Virus record (IMG/VR): IMGVR_UViG_3300033233_000001
Location: 186,001 to 250,000 of that record
Strand: one strand, 5' to 3'
Length of the DNA stretch: 64,000 bases
The notes beneath the pieces were generated by a model. It did not search any database. It saw only the letters and a program-made list of their open reading frames with translations, and was not told where the DNA came from. Positions 45,658 to 55,431 of this stretch are shown here, piece by piece (positions within the stretch are counted from its first letter, which is position 1; each line of letters opens with the position of its first letter). The translations under genes were made by a program, and so were the position numbers.

Positions 45658-46268
45658 GATCAGTATTCGTAGTCGCGAACGAGAATGCGCGCGAGTTCCA
45701 CCGCAGCGGCACGCGCCGTCTTGCCGGTAACCGCGCCGGCTACGTCGCCGTGCGCCATCCAGGTGTCTCCGCTGGTTCGCGCAGGGGTCATGAGCTTGTC
45801 CACAGCACCAGCGCGCTTGCCGTCGACGAGCACCGTGTAGAGGTTCTTGGTGACCTTTCGGAGCGTCACCTTCGCGCCGTCCACAGTCGTGTTCCGACGC
45901 GAGCGACGTTTGCGGCGTCCCTTGTTCGGCGTGGTGCTCTTGCCGAACGGCCACGTCGGATGCGACACCGAATGCCGCGCTCGCATATCGAGGCTGCCGT
46001 CCTTCTTGACGGCAAACTCGGTGTTCCGCAGCCAGTCCTGGTCATCGCGGAACTGGACTGGATACGTGCCGCCGCCCGGCATCGGCTCGCGGGCCCAAGA
46101 TGGCTTGTGCGTCCCCGTGAAGCGGTGCACGTACATGTTCAGCGCGCGCTTCTGGGTCGCAGGCGACAGTTGAGCGCCGGACACCATCCTGAACGCCGGG
46201 TTACGGCGTGCACGCGGCCTTCTGCTCGTCCGCGAGCGCTTCGGCTTCTTGCTGGTTCGCTTGGTCAT
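45625..46268 (-). repeat. Identical 33-bp repeats encoding MTKRTSKKPKR (45625-45657, 46236-46268)
   Basis: Exact nucleotide match. Confidence 0.9.
45660..46268 (-). CDS. Basic-tagged two-domain protein
   Basis: RRNP..YVHRFTG.HKP.W..QF.DD.DWL.NT.F; PNKGRRKRRSRRN. Confidence 0.85.
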   Translation of the reverse strand: MTKRTSKKPKRSRTSRRPRARRNPAFRMVSGAQLSPATQKRALNMYVHRFTGTHKPSWAREPMPGGGTYPVQFRDDQDWLRNTEFAVKKDGSLDMRARHSVSHPTWPFGKSTTPNKGRRKRRSRRNTTVDGAKVTLRKVTKNLYTVLVDGKRAGAVDKLMTPARTSGDTWMAHGDVAGAVTGKTARAAAVELARILVRDYEY

Positions 46269-47185
46269 CGCTCAGTACTCTTGCGACGCTTGCCGCGATT
46301 CGCCGTCACCGCAGTCGGCGCGCGTCGACCGCCGCCACGGCTCCACATGGAGTACCCGATACCACCTGCGACCACGACACTGCCGGCTATCAGCGCCGGC
46401 ACGAGCCAGCCCGGCATGTTGCCGCCCTCGTCGACGACGACAGGGTTCCCACTCGCATCCGTCCCGACCACGCCGGTCGTGTCCGTCGGCGGCGCATCGG
46501 ATGCACCGGGCACCTTGCCCGTCGACGGCGAAGTCCTCGACGATGAAGAGGCGGTCATGAGCGATGTCGACGTCGTGCGATGCGTGGGACGGGGCGGTCG
46601 ACCCGGGTCTGGGACCATCGGCAGCGCCGACAGCGCGTTCACGAGCGCGTGCGACAAGATCGCGCGCGACGAGTTCCGAGCGGTACCAGGGTCGTTCGAG
46701 ACCGCGAGGTCGCCCGGCGCCGCCGTCGGCGGCAGGATGTGCGCTGCCGCGCGCAGACCCGCCATCGTCAATGGGCCCACGGCGCCACCGACGTGAATCC
46801 GTGTAATCGCGCCGTTGTGCGCGTAGTAGGCATTCACTGCCCGCTGTGCCCACTGGCCGCTGACGCTCAGATTCGGGCCAGCCGTGCGCACGCTCACCGG
46901 CGCCCCGAGCGGTCGTCCGATCTGACCGAGACCCGCCATGTGCGCATACCCCGGACCCGAGATGGTGATCGGCACGCCGCGCGCAGCAAGACGCGACAGG
47001 CACGCGCCTGCATCCGCGTACTGAAGGCACTGCCGCGTCATCGCGTCAGCCTCGGACACACCGAGACCAGCCGCGCCCCACACCGGCGCTCGCCTCGCCG
47101 TCACGCCGCGCGCGGTCACGCCGCGACGCACAGCGGCGCCACGGTACATCGGAAGCGCCACACCCATTCCTGCTCGGTAACTCAT
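46265..47185 (-). CDS. MSY-GLG membrane protein with a peptidoglycan-binding-like segment
   Basis: QRAVNAY.......V.GAVGPLTMAGL; TM; TANRGKRRK. Confidence 0.75.
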   Translation of the reverse strand: MSYRAGMGVALPMYRGAAVRRGVTARGVTARRAPVWGAAGLGVSEADAMTRQCLQYADAGACLSRLAARGVPITISGPGYAHMAGLGQIGRPLGAPVSVRTAGPNLSVSGQWAQRAVNAYYAHNGAITRIHVGGAVGPLTMAGLRAAAHILPPTAAPGDLAVSNDPGTARNSSRAILSHALVNALSALPMVPDPGRPPRPTHRTTSTSLMTASSSSRTSPSTGKVPGASDAPPTDTTGVVGTDASGNPVVVDEGGNMPGWLVPALIAGSVVVAGGIGYSMWSRGGGRRAPTAVTANRGKRRKSTER

Positions 47186-47197
47186 GTCTTCGTCTCC

Positions 47198-47656
47198 TCA
47201 GTCCTGCGGCAACACTGGCCACCGCTTCGCGAGCTTCTTGTAGGTCGTCCACCATTCTCTATCGAGCGCCGCGCCGCCCCGATACACTTCGCCGCGCTCG
47301 TTCGTGAGCCGCGCCAACGCATGTGCCTCACCGGCCATCCTCTCGGAGGCCAGAACCCAGCTGAGTACGTTTCGTTGCCACGACAGTCTCGCATGCTCGG
47401 CGCCACGCGCATCCCGTCGCGTGCTGTCTCTTTCGGCTGCATCCAGTTGACCTTCGGCGGTCTTCAGGTACGAGGTCGCCTCTTGCCAGAGATGTCGTAC
47501 GTACTGGTCCCGCGAGTAGCGCTTCATGCCTGGACTGCGGGCCGTGTCCATCTGCATGTCGAAGACCAGACGCTCGCCGACCGGACCAGTCGTGAACAAG
47601 CCGTTACGCCGCGAACGACTCGTTCGCTTCGTCGGCCTGCTGGTCCGGCGGTACAC
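47198..47656 (-). CDS. Basic-tagged protein
   Basis: MYRRTSRPTKRTSRSRRNG. Confidence 0.8.
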   Translation of the reverse strand: MYRRTSRPTKRTSRSRRNGLFTTGPVGERLVFDMQMDTARSPGMKRYSRDQYVRHLWQEATSYLKTAEGQLDAAERDSTRRDARGAEHARLSWQRNVLSWVLASERMAGEAHALARLTNERGEVYRGGAALDREWWTTYKKLAKRWPVLPQD

Positions 47657-47658
47657 GA

Positions 47659-48093
47659 TTAGTTCCTCTTCCTCGAAGTGCGCTTGCGCTGGCGTGCGTT
47701 TTTCGATGTTCGCCTACGACTACGATTCGCCACCGGTGTCGCGACACCGTGACCGATCGCGATCACGGCCTCTTCGGCAGTGAAACCATGATCGCGCACC
47801 AGCAGATAGAACTGATGCGCGACATCGTCAGCAAAGTTCGCTACGTGCTCCGGGTCATTGGAGAACAAGGCGACGGTCTCCTTGTACGCCGTCTTCAGCG
47901 GTACACCCTCGTCGAGTAGCGTGTGCATGCGAGCAACTGCCTCGTTGCCGGCGTTGTTCAGGCTGGCCGCGCTCGCGCCGTGCTGTGTCACGTAGCTCCG
48001 CTTCCAGTCGCCAATACGGCGCGTAGCGGCCTCAGCATGACGCCGATGGCCGCCTGCCGGATTGCGAACGTGTCTACGTGCTCGGCGCTTCAT
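47659..48093 (-). CDS. Protein tagged at both ends
   Basis: MKRRARRHVRNP...VANRSRRRTSKNARQRKRTSRKRN. Confidence 0.75.
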   Translation of the reverse strand: MKRRARRHVRNPAGGHRRHAEAATRRIGDWKRSYVTQHGASAASLNNAGNEAVARMHTLLDEGVPLKTAYKETVALFSNDPEHVANFADDVAHQFYLLVRDHGFTAEEAVIAIGHGVATPVANRSRRRTSKNARQRKRTSRKRN

Positions 48094-48103
48094 GCTCGTC
48101 CTC

Positions 48104-48847
48104 TCAGACCGTCTGCCCGTCGTCCCTGAGATCGTCGATATAGCGCTCCCAAGCCCGACCACGCTTGCCTGTCGGATTCGGATAGAGGCCCACGACGCCG
48201 CTTCCGTGATCGGTCGCGGTGAGCCCTTCCTTCTTGCAGAGCTTTTCGAGGTCCGCCATCGGCAGCGTCGTGCTCGTCGAGCACTTCAGCGTGATGAGTG
48301 GCGAGACGGGCTTACAGTACCGCTTCGCTTCATCTGCATCCGTGTAGACCTTGATGTCCTTGGCCGGCAGCCCGCGCTTGCCGATGAAGCTCGTCAGCTG
48401 ATGGCCGAAGCGAGTGCGACTCGGGCTCCAGCCACCCTCGTCGGCCGGCGGCGGCGGAAGCGCCGGACGATCATCATCGTCCTTCTCGCCTTCGTTCGGA
48501 GTCGTCATGCCGTGCTTGTAGAGGTAGTAGCCTCCGCCGAGCACGCCGATCGTGATGAGACCCCAGCCCCACCCCGGCACTCCGGCATACCGCGCGGTCA
48601 AGATATTGCCGTCTGTCGCTGGCTGCACCGGTCCGGTCGGACCGATAGTGCCCGGCAGCACGCCCTGTGCGAGCGACAGCGGGTAGTACCGCTGGCCTTC
48701 CGGCGCGTAGTACTGCTGCGGCATCCCATCGATGCCCTGCACCGTCATCGGGTGCCCACCTTCCGCGAGCATCGCCTGCTCGCTCGCCGCTTGGCGCTCG
48801 AAGTACTCGTTCTCCATCTCATCGATCTCGTCCATGGTGTCCGGCAT
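48104..48847 (-). CDS. Membrane protein with internal TM
   Basis: GVPGWGWGLITIGVLGGGYYLY. Confidence 0.75.
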   Translation of the reverse strand: MPDTMDEIDEMENEYFERQAASEQAMLAEGGHPMTVQGIDGMPQQYYAPEGQRYYPLSLAQGVLPGTIGPTGPVQPATDGNILTARYAGVPGWGWGLITIGVLGGGYYLYKHGMTTPNEGEKDDDDRPALPPPPADEGGWSPSRTRFGHQLTSFIGKRGLPAKDIKVYTDADEAKRYCKPVSPLITLKCSTSTTLPMADLEKLCKKEGLTATDHGSGVVGLYPNPTGKRGRAWERYIDDLRDDGQTV

Positions 48848-48889
48848 GCCCAGCCTTTCGTGTGTGCCCAGTTATCGTTCCCAGAGACC

Positions 48890-49384
48890 TCAGCGTGAAC
48901 GCCGATGTTTGCGTCGAGCATTACGACGTGCGCGTCGCTTGTTTGCCGTTGCAGCCGGCGCTCGACGACCCGACATCGCAACGAAGCCGACGGTGAGCAC
49001 GACCGCACCGCCGATGAGGGCGATCGGGACCCAGGGGATCTCGCTCTCCGTCGCGCCGTACGTCATCGGCATGCCCGGCGCCGTCGGCCCATACGACGTC
49101 AACACCGTGCCACCGGTCTTGCCGCCCGTCGGAGCGTACGGCGAGTACGCCGGACCGCCGGTCGTCTTGGCGCCGCCTGTCGTCGGACCAGGCGCCGGAA
49201 AATCGGCGGAGATCGACGCCATCAGCGTGTCCTCCGACGGCGTCGTCGTCGACGGCGTCGTCTGCCCGAGCGGCTGCGCGTCGAACAGGTTCGCGCGGAA
49301 GATACCGCTACCGGTATCGTGACGCGGGCCCTGCCCGAGCGCCTCGCCGTTGAACAGATCATTCGTGAACAGTCCCTTACCCAT
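48890..49384 (-). CDS. LGQ membrane protein with basic tail
   Basis: GLF.NDLF..ALGQ repeat; IPW TM; TANKRRARRN. Confidence 0.75.
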   Translation of the reverse strand: MGKGLFTNDLFNGEALGQGPRHDTGSGIFRANLFDAQPLGQTTPSTTTPSEDTLMASISADFPAPGPTTGGAKTTGGPAYSPYAPTGGKTGGTVLTSYGPTAPGMPMTYGATESEIPWVPIALIGGAVVLTVGFVAMSGRRAPAATANKRRARRNARRKHRRSR

Positions 49385-49398
49385 ATGACTTCTTCTCC

Positions 49399-49692
49399 TC
49401 ATCGAGCCTCGCGGCTCGTCCTCTTGTTGCGACGCGGGCGCGACGTGCGCTTGCGGCCTCGGTTCTTCTTCAGTCCAGTCTTCTTCCACGCACGGAACTC
49501 GCCAGGCGTCACGTTGATGCGCTGCGCCGTTCTCTCGATGCTGCCCCAGCCTGCCTCGGCCAAAGCGGCCGAGCCCAGGTAGCCTTCATCGACGAAGCCT
49601 TTGACGCTGCCTCGCTCACCGAAGACGATCCATCCGCGTCGCGGGTTGCCGTTCGTGTCGTTGGTCGTCGCGATGTACACAGCCAGCATCAC
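49399..49692 (-). CDS. Small domain plus C-terminal KRTSR tag
   Basis: NDTNGNPRRGWIV; KKNRGRKRTSRPRRNKRTSR. Confidence 0.8.
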   Translation of the reverse strand: MMLAVYIATTNDTNGNPRRGWIVFGERGSVKGFVDEGYLGSAALAEAGWGSIERTAQRINVTPGEFRAWKKTGLKKNRGRKRTSRPRRNKRTSREAR

Positions 49693-50174
49693 CGTCTCCT
49701 GTGCTTGTTCGGCGTCGGCGCGGTCTCTTCCGGCGGCGGCGGCGCAGCCTCTTCCTCGCCACCCTGGTTACGGTTGGCGACGACGAGTGCGACCGCGGCC
49801 GCTCCGATCGCCCAGGTCATCCACGAGAAGCCGAGCGGACCCGTCACCGTACCATCAGGCTTCGTGGTCTCCAGAAAGGAAAAGAAGCCCTTCTTCGGCG
49901 TCGCGTTCGCGCTGGTCATCATCGGCATCGGCTGCGCCATCGAGCCATCCGGCATCTGCGTCGGAAGTGGCATCGAGATCGGCGGACTGATCGGGACAGC
50001 CGTCATCGGCGGCGGCGACGCGTCCACTGCCTGCGGTTGGGTGTACGCGTTAGGATCCGTCGTGAACTGCACCGTGGCCGACGGTGTAGTGTCAAACGGG
50101 TCGGTGGCGACCTCGGTCCCGAGACCATGAAGGCCGGGCAAGCGACGCGCGCGCGCTGGTTGACGATACGACAT
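49689..50174 (-). CDS. MSY-GLG membrane protein
   Basis: MSYRQ..HGLG; TM; TPNKHRRR. Confidence 0.8.
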   Translation of the reverse strand: MSYRQPARARRLPGLHGLGTEVATDPFDTTPSATVQFTTDPNAYTQPQAVDASPPPMTAVPISPPISMPLPTQMPDGSMAQPMPMMTSANATPKKGFFSFLETTKPDGTVTGPLGFSWMTWAIGAAAVALVVANRNQGGEEEAAPPPPEETAPTPNKHRRR

Positions 50175-50177
50175 GAC

Positions 50178-51005
50178 CTAGGCCTTCCTGCTCGTGCGCT
50201 TGTTACGGCGCGAGGCGCGCCTGCGCCGATTCGGAGTCGACCGCGCGCTCTTGCGCGTCGACATATACCACGCGCCGCCGCCAACTACGACAGCGCCGCC
50301 GATGCCGACGTACAGCCATGGGAACCCGCCACCGACGTTCTGGTTCGCCGTAGTCGGCGTCGACGGCGGCGGCACTAGGTCGCTCGTCGTCACCGGCGCC
50401 TCGGTCCCTGGCACCGGCGAGGTCACGAGATCGACATTCGTCTTCGTCGGCGGTGGCGGCGGCGCGTCCGGCGGTTTCGGCTGCGAGCCGAAAGTCGGCG
50501 TGTACTTCAAGAGCACCGGCGCCTGCTCCTTCGGCGGCGCCAAGAACGTCGACAGCGACTTGTACGCCGTCACGTTGATAGTGCCAGGCGCGGCGACCAG
50601 TCCACCGACAAGATCTGTCGCCAGGCTCTTGTACGTCGCGCCAGGCCAGAACGTCATCAGCGCCTCGTTCAGTCGGCGCTCGCGGTTCGCATTCGTGATC
50701 GCAAGGTCGAGCAGCGCCTTCACCGTGGAGCCCGCCACTACCGTGCCGCCCGTATACGCTCCGGAGGCCAGCCGCGTCATGTCCGTCGGCCTCATGGCAC
50801 GAAGACCGTCGCGCAGAGCCTTGAGCCCAGCCGCGTCTGCTGTCTCGTTGTTGATGGCCGCCATGCCCATGGCGCGGTCGGCCGCCTGCGCGAGCCGATC
50901 GCGATTCAACAGCGGCCAGGAGCCCTGCCCACGACCAGCTACGGGCGAAAACCCGCCGACGACAGCGAAGTCAATCGTTGCGCCAAGATCGTTCGTATAG
51001 CTCAT
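50178..51005 (-). CDS. MSYTNDLGA membrane protein
   Basis: GFPWLY TM; TPNRRRRASRRNKRTSRKA. Confidence 0.8.
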   Translation of the reverse strand: MSYTNDLGATIDFAVVGGFSPVAGRGQGSWPLLNRDRLAQAADRAMGMAAINNETADAAGLKALRDGLRAMRPTDMTRLASGAYTGGTVVAGSTVKALLDLAITNANRERRLNEALMTFWPGATYKSLATDLVGGLVAAPGTINVTAYKSLSTFLAPPKEQAPVLLKYTPTFGSQPKPPDAPPPPPTKTNVDLVTSPVPGTEAPVTTSDLVPPPSTPTTANQNVGGGFPWLYVGIGGAVVVGGGAWYMSTRKSARSTPNRRRRASRRNKRTSRKA

Positions 51006-52102
51006 CGCCGCCCTCTGCTCGTGCGCGTTCGGCGCCTGTTCGGCGTCGGCCCCGGTCGCAGCAACAGATACCCACCGACCGCAACCGCGCCGCCGACTCC
51101 GATGTACATCCACGGGACCCCAAACAGCCCCGCTCGCGGAGCCACCGGCGGCGGCACCAGTTCCTGCGGCGTCGGCGGTACGAGACTGCCTTCAGGCCGC
51201 TCGACCGTCACCTCCGGCGGCGGTGGCGTAACCGTGTTCGCAACGCACACGCCTGTCGCATCACGGTAGTAGCCGTCGTTGCACGCGATCTCCCTCGACC
51301 CCGAGCCCGTCACGTCCTGACCCTGGACCTTGCCCGCGTCGGTCCCGGCCTTCGCGGCCGCTTCGTCGGCGGCGACCTTCGCGGCAGCCGCTTCCGACGC
51401 ACTCTTCGCGTCCTCGGCCGCCTTCGCCGCCGCGGCCGCAGCAGCCGCGTCATCGGCCGACTTCGCAGCCGCAGCAGCTTCCGCGGCGATCCTCGCATCA
51501 GCCGCCGCCTTGGCCGCAGCCGCCGCTTCGGCCTCGGCCTGAGCCTGCGCCGCCGCGCTCGCCTGCTGGCGCTGAAGAGTAGCCAGGGCCGCAGCCAGAT
51601 TCGCCGCGCGCTGACGCAGCCGTTCTGCCGTCGCAGCCGCCTCTGCGGCAGCCTTCCGGCGCGCCGTCTCTGCGGCAGCAGCGGCAACAGCCGGATCGAA
51701 CTCCATGGCCGCGACTCTCGCCATCAGCTTCGGACCGCGAATCTGCCAGTTGATGTAGCCGATCCGCGCGGTGCCGCGGTACCGATCCGAGATCGCTCCC
51801 TTGATGAGATTGACCAGCGCACGCGTGTTGACCAGGCCCGCCGCGTTCACCGCGAGGACTCCGATCCAACTCGCCCCGTTGTTCAAGGCGGTCACGTCCG
51901 ACCGTGCCGTTGTGCCCTCCGTACGAGACCGAAGCGCCGCAGACCGCAGCATCGCAGCCGCCCGCATCGCACGCACGATCTCGTTGCGCTCTGCCGCCGG
52001 ATAGCCCGCACGGTAATCGACCCTGCCGGGCAGAACCGACTTGCTACTGAGTCCGGTGGGCGCGAGGTCCAGGCCGGCGCCAAGGTCGTTCGTGTAGCTC
52101 AT
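51002..52102 (-). CDS. MSYTNDLGA membrane protein with Ala-rich coiled stalk
   Basis: Long A/E/K-rich helix; GVPWMY TM. Confidence 0.8.
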   Translation of the reverse strand: MSYTNDLGAGLDLAPTGLSSKSVLPGRVDYRAGYPAAERNEIVRAMRAAAMLRSAALRSRTEGTTARSDVTALNNGASWIGVLAVNAAGLVNTRALVNLIKGAISDRYRGTARIGYINWQIRGPKLMARVAAMEFDPAVAAAAAETARRKAAAEAAATAERLRQRAANLAAALATLQRQQASAAAQAQAEAEAAAAAKAAADARIAAEAAAAAKSADDAAAAAAAAKAAEDAKSASEAAAAKVAADEAAAKAGTDAGKVQGQDVTGSGSREIACNDGYYRDATGVCVANTVTPPPPEVTVERPEGSLVPPTPQELVPPPVAPRAGLFGVPWMYIGVGGAVAVGGYLLLRPGPTPNRRRTRTSRGRR

Positions 52103-53067
52103 TCGAGACTTCCCTTCAGCGCTGTCACCAGCGCGGACATCGCGGAACTAGACACCGGAGTAAACGTCGTGGCAATCCCAGAACGGAAAACCTGCTTGTT
52201 CATCGACGACGGAAGCCCGAGAACAGGCGGCCGGATCGTCGCGGCCGCAAACGCCGCTCTCGCAGCATCGCTCGCACTCGCAATCGCCGTTCGCCGAACG
52301 ATCTGCCGTGGCGTCTCGCCAGACAGGACCGCCGCCAGCAGCTTCTCCGGAATCCGAATCTCATCACCGTTCGTGTTGGGACCGAAGTTGAAGCCGCCCG
52401 GCCAGTCACCATAGTCGAGGCGCGCCGCGCCGCTGTTCACGAGCGCTACTCCCTCGTCGTAGTAGGCCTTCAACGCCTGGGCCATCGCGCCATCGTCCTT
52501 CGTGCTCACCGGTGCCGAGGGGGACAGGTATCCACTCTGCATGAGTGCGTTTCGCAACACGTCCTTGTACAAGCTATCGGCCACGTACAGCCGCACGTAG
52601 CCATCCGGATTCACGATCCAACGAGGCACACTCGTGCTCGTCAGACGCTCGTAGAGCGGCCGAGAAATCTGGAGATCTTTGCTGGAGTTCGTGTTGGGAC
52701 CGAAGTCGGTACCCGTCGGCCACTCCGCGTCGTTCCGACCAGTCCTCACCCAGTACGAGCGCACCGCCGTGATGAACGGGCCGTCATCCCTGATCTCATA
52801 GTCGTGGCTGCCATCCCACTTCTGCACGTTGCGACGCGCCGTGAAGAGATGACTGTCAGCGTCGACGTTCCGACGATCGATCACGCCCAAGTCGGCCAGC
52901 CTCGACATCATGGCGTTCAGGACAGCCTCGTCTCCGATCTTCACGTAGTCCATGTCGCCATGCCGGAACGCGCTGGCCTGCATCGAACTCCACGAAGGCA
53001 GCGACGAGGGCGAGGGCGGCGTCTGTCCAAGACCGTTCCGCCGAACGCGAGGCATACGATAGGTCAT
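52099..53067 (-). CDS. MTY-GLG protein with two internal repeats (PG-binding-like)
   Basis: DFGPNTN/NFGPNTN; L..LG....DDG...A...Y pattern twice. Confidence 0.7.
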   Translation of the reverse strand: MTYRMPRVRRNGLGQTPPSPSSLPSWSSMQASAFRHGDMDYVKIGDEAVLNAMMSRLADLGVIDRRNVDADSHLFTARRNVQKWDGSHDYEIRDDGPFITAVRSYWVRTGRNDAEWPTGTDFGPNTNSSKDLQISRPLYERLTSTSVPRWIVNPDGYVRLYVADSLYKDVLRNALMQSGYLSPSAPVSTKDDGAMAQALKAYYDEGVALVNSGAARLDYGDWPGGFNFGPNTNGDEIRIPEKLLAAVLSGETPRQIVRRTAIASASDAARAAFAAATIRPPVLGLPSSMNKQVFRSGIATTFTPVSSSAMSALVTALKGSLE

Positions 53068-54518
53068 GACGTCCTCCTGCTCGTTCGACGAGCGCGACGA
53101 CGACGCGCGTTGGCGGTCGGAGCCGCAGCCCGCCGCTTACGCAGCGCGCGCACGGCGACCGCACCACCGACGACGATCGTCGCGCCGCCGCCCAGCCACG
53201 CGTACACGGGCACGCCGTTGAAGTCCTTCTGCCACCAAGGCAAACACGACTGCCCACGAGACTGGGCGTTCAGCGCCAGCTGCGAGTCGATCAGAGCCAT
53301 CTTCTGCACGATGGCGTCACGGTTCTGCGTGATCGCACCGGCCTTTGCTTGCGCGTCCGAGAACTGCAACGCCACCTGCTTCAACTGCGTGTCCAACGAG
53401 CGCTTGGCGTTCGAGAAGTACAGACACTTCATGTACTCCTTCGTCACCGCCATCGTGTCCTGCGCGACCGCGCCGTCTACGGCCTGAACGACCTCGTTGC
53501 GGATCGCTCTGACGATCGCGCCGCCGTCCGGGTTCGTCTCGCTCTGGACATACTGCTGAAGCCACTGCGCGCCGTCGAGCCCGCCCTGAAGCGCGGCCTT
53601 CGCGTTCGTAAGCGCAGCCGTGGTCGCATCGAGCGCCGCGACGGCCGCTGTGCACGCGTCGCCCGCAGCCGCATCGCGCGCCGCCGGGCCTGCAACCGCC
53701 GCCGCTGCGACGATCGCCTCTGTCTGTCCCGCCGCCGCCAGCGCCGCCGTCACCTTGGCCGCCGCGTCGTTGAACTGCCGCGTCGTCCGCGTGAGCGCAA
53801 TCGCCCTGTTGAGCGGGCTGCCGGAGAACGGCGCGGCAAGCGCCGCAAAGAACCCGACCGTCGCGCTCGCCGAGCGGACCGCAGCCATCTGCAACGCGTT
53901 GTCGCTCTGGTCCTGGGCGACCTTGACGATCCCGCCCTTGCCGATCGGACTCGGCAAGGTCGCCGATGCAGATCCTGCCGCCTGCACCGGCACGCCACTC
54001 GCCTTGCCGACGACGAGCAAGCCGAACGCACGAGCCGCGCTTGCCGAGACTGCGCCCGGCCAGGCAAACGCCACCCACAGCGTGCCGTGCGAGATCGCCT
54101 GATTCGTTGCAGCATCGCGCATCCAACCGGACGCCACGAAGTTGGGAGCCGAATCGACGATCCGATCGGTGATCGCCTGGCCGGTGGCCTGGATGAGTGC
54201 GTTGCCGCCGGCCCCACCACCGTAGATGCCGTCGAGCGCCGCCTGCACCTTCACGTCGTCGAGCGTCACGTACGGCCAGGCCATGACCGCGACCTGACCG
54301 GGGCCTGGGTTCTCCGTAGTTCCGAGCGTTTCGAGCCGCAGCGACTGGCAGCTGTACGGGATGATGTCCAACGTCAACTGTCGCTGTGCAGCAGCCGTTG
54401 GCGCCGCCAACTGAGGAGCAACGCGCACGTTCGTGATCACCAACGGCGCAGCCGGGCGCGTCGGGTCAGAGGATGTCCCCTGTCCCAAGCCGAAGCCGTG
54501 CTGTGCGCGGTAGCTCAT
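53064..54518 (-). CDS. MSY-GLG large membrane protein
   Basis: MSYRAQHGFGLGQ; GVPVYAW TM; TANARRRRARRTSRRTS. Confidence 0.82.
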   Translation of the reverse strand: MSYRAQHGFGLGQGTSSDPTRPAAPLVITNVRVAPQLAAPTAAAQRQLTLDIIPYSCQSLRLETLGTTENPGPGQVAVMAWPYVTLDDVKVQAALDGIYGGGAGGNALIQATGQAITDRIVDSAPNFVASGWMRDAATNQAISHGTLWVAFAWPGAVSASAARAFGLLVVGKASGVPVQAAGSASATLPSPIGKGGIVKVAQDQSDNALQMAAVRSASATVGFFAALAAPFSGSPLNRAIALTRTTRQFNDAAAKVTAALAAAGQTEAIVAAAAVAGPAARDAAAGDACTAAVAALDATTAALTNAKAALQGGLDGAQWLQQYVQSETNPDGGAIVRAIRNEVVQAVDGAVAQDTMAVTKEYMKCLYFSNAKRSLDTQLKQVALQFSDAQAKAGAITQNRDAIVQKMALIDSQLALNAQSRGQSCLPWWQKDFNGVPVYAWLGGGATIVVGGAVAVRALRKRRAAAPTANARRRRARRTSRRTS

Positions 54519-54530
54519 CTTCGTCGATCC

Positions 54531-54971
54531 TCAGTATCCAGGCCACCCGTATACGTACGACGGACACCAGGTTCCCATGCAGCGCTGCCAGTCGCTCGGG
54601 TCCAGGAATCCATCGCAGCGCCACTGCTCGCTGCACACCGGATAGTTACCACCGTAGTAGTAGCCGTCGCCGTAGTAGCCCGGCCAGCCCCAACCCCAGC
54701 CGCCGCCCCAACCGCGCCCGCGCCAACGACCACCGTGCCCATGGCCGTGTCCGCCGTGGCCATGACGAGGCGCCCCGCCGCCCATGAACCCGGCGCCGCC
54801 GCCGCGAGGCCCGAGGCCGCCGCCGCCAGGCAGATTCCGAGGCGCACCTGGCATACCGCCGCCGGGACCGCGCATGGGCATTCCGCCACCCATCCGACCA
54901 GCGCCGCCGCCCCGGCCACCGCCACCGCCGCCACCCTTGCCGAGACCGTATAGAGGCTGCCTGTAGCTCAT
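54531..54971 (-). CDS. MSY-GLG Gly-rich, Cys/Trp/Tyr-rich protein
   Basis: MSYRQPLYGLGK; poly-Gly. Confidence 0.65.
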   Translation of the reverse strand: MSYRQPLYGLGKGGGGGGGRGGGAGRMGGGMPMRGPGGGMPGAPRNLPGGGGLGPRGGGAGFMGGGAPRHGHGGHGHGHGGRWRGRGWGGGWGWGWPGYYGDGYYYGGNYPVCSEQWRCDGFLDPSDWQRCMGTWCPSYVYGWPGY

Positions 54972-55090
54972 GACTGATCTCCGTACTTACGTTCCCACGC
55001 CCTGGCCTCAGGGCTGTTTTCGTACCTGACCGCGGCGACAAACCAGAGCGCGAATGCGCCGACCGCCATCCACTTGAGTCGCTCAGACAT
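54968..55090 (-). CDS. 40-aa single-TM peptide
   Basis: Coupled at both ends. Confidence 0.5.
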   Translation of the reverse strand: MSERLKWMAVGAFALWFVAAVRYENSPEARAWERKYGDQS

Positions 55091-55431
55091 CAGCGCCTCC
55101 GCTTGTTTCGACGCGCCCTGCGACGACCACGATTGGCCGTGGGCGACGCCGCGCGCGCCTTCATGCGCGTATAGAAGAACCACAGCGACCATGCACTCAA
55201 CCCGAGACTCACGAACGCGACGTACTCCATGCGCCGCGCGCGCGCACGGTCTTCATCGATGAACGCGTCCTGCCCGAGATGGTCGTTCATCAGCCGCGGC
55301 GGATGCGTCTGAAACACCATGGGAGAGACCTGGCCACGAAGCCGCTGGGGCTGGCCGTAGTCGGCGAAGACCCATGGGTTCGTAACGCCCCACCTCTGGA
55401 AGCCGAGCGACCTGTCGACCTTGTAGCTCAT
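55090..55431 (-). CDS. MSY membrane protein with basic tail
   Basis: MSYK..SLGF..HLGQ; TM; TANRGRRRARRNKRRR. Confidence 0.78.
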   Translation of the reverse strand: MSYKVDRSLGFQRWGVTNPWVFADYGQPQRLRGQVSPMVFQTHPPRLMNDHLGQDAFIDEDRARARRMEYVAFVSLGLSAWSLWFFYTRMKARAASPTANRGRRRARRNKRRR

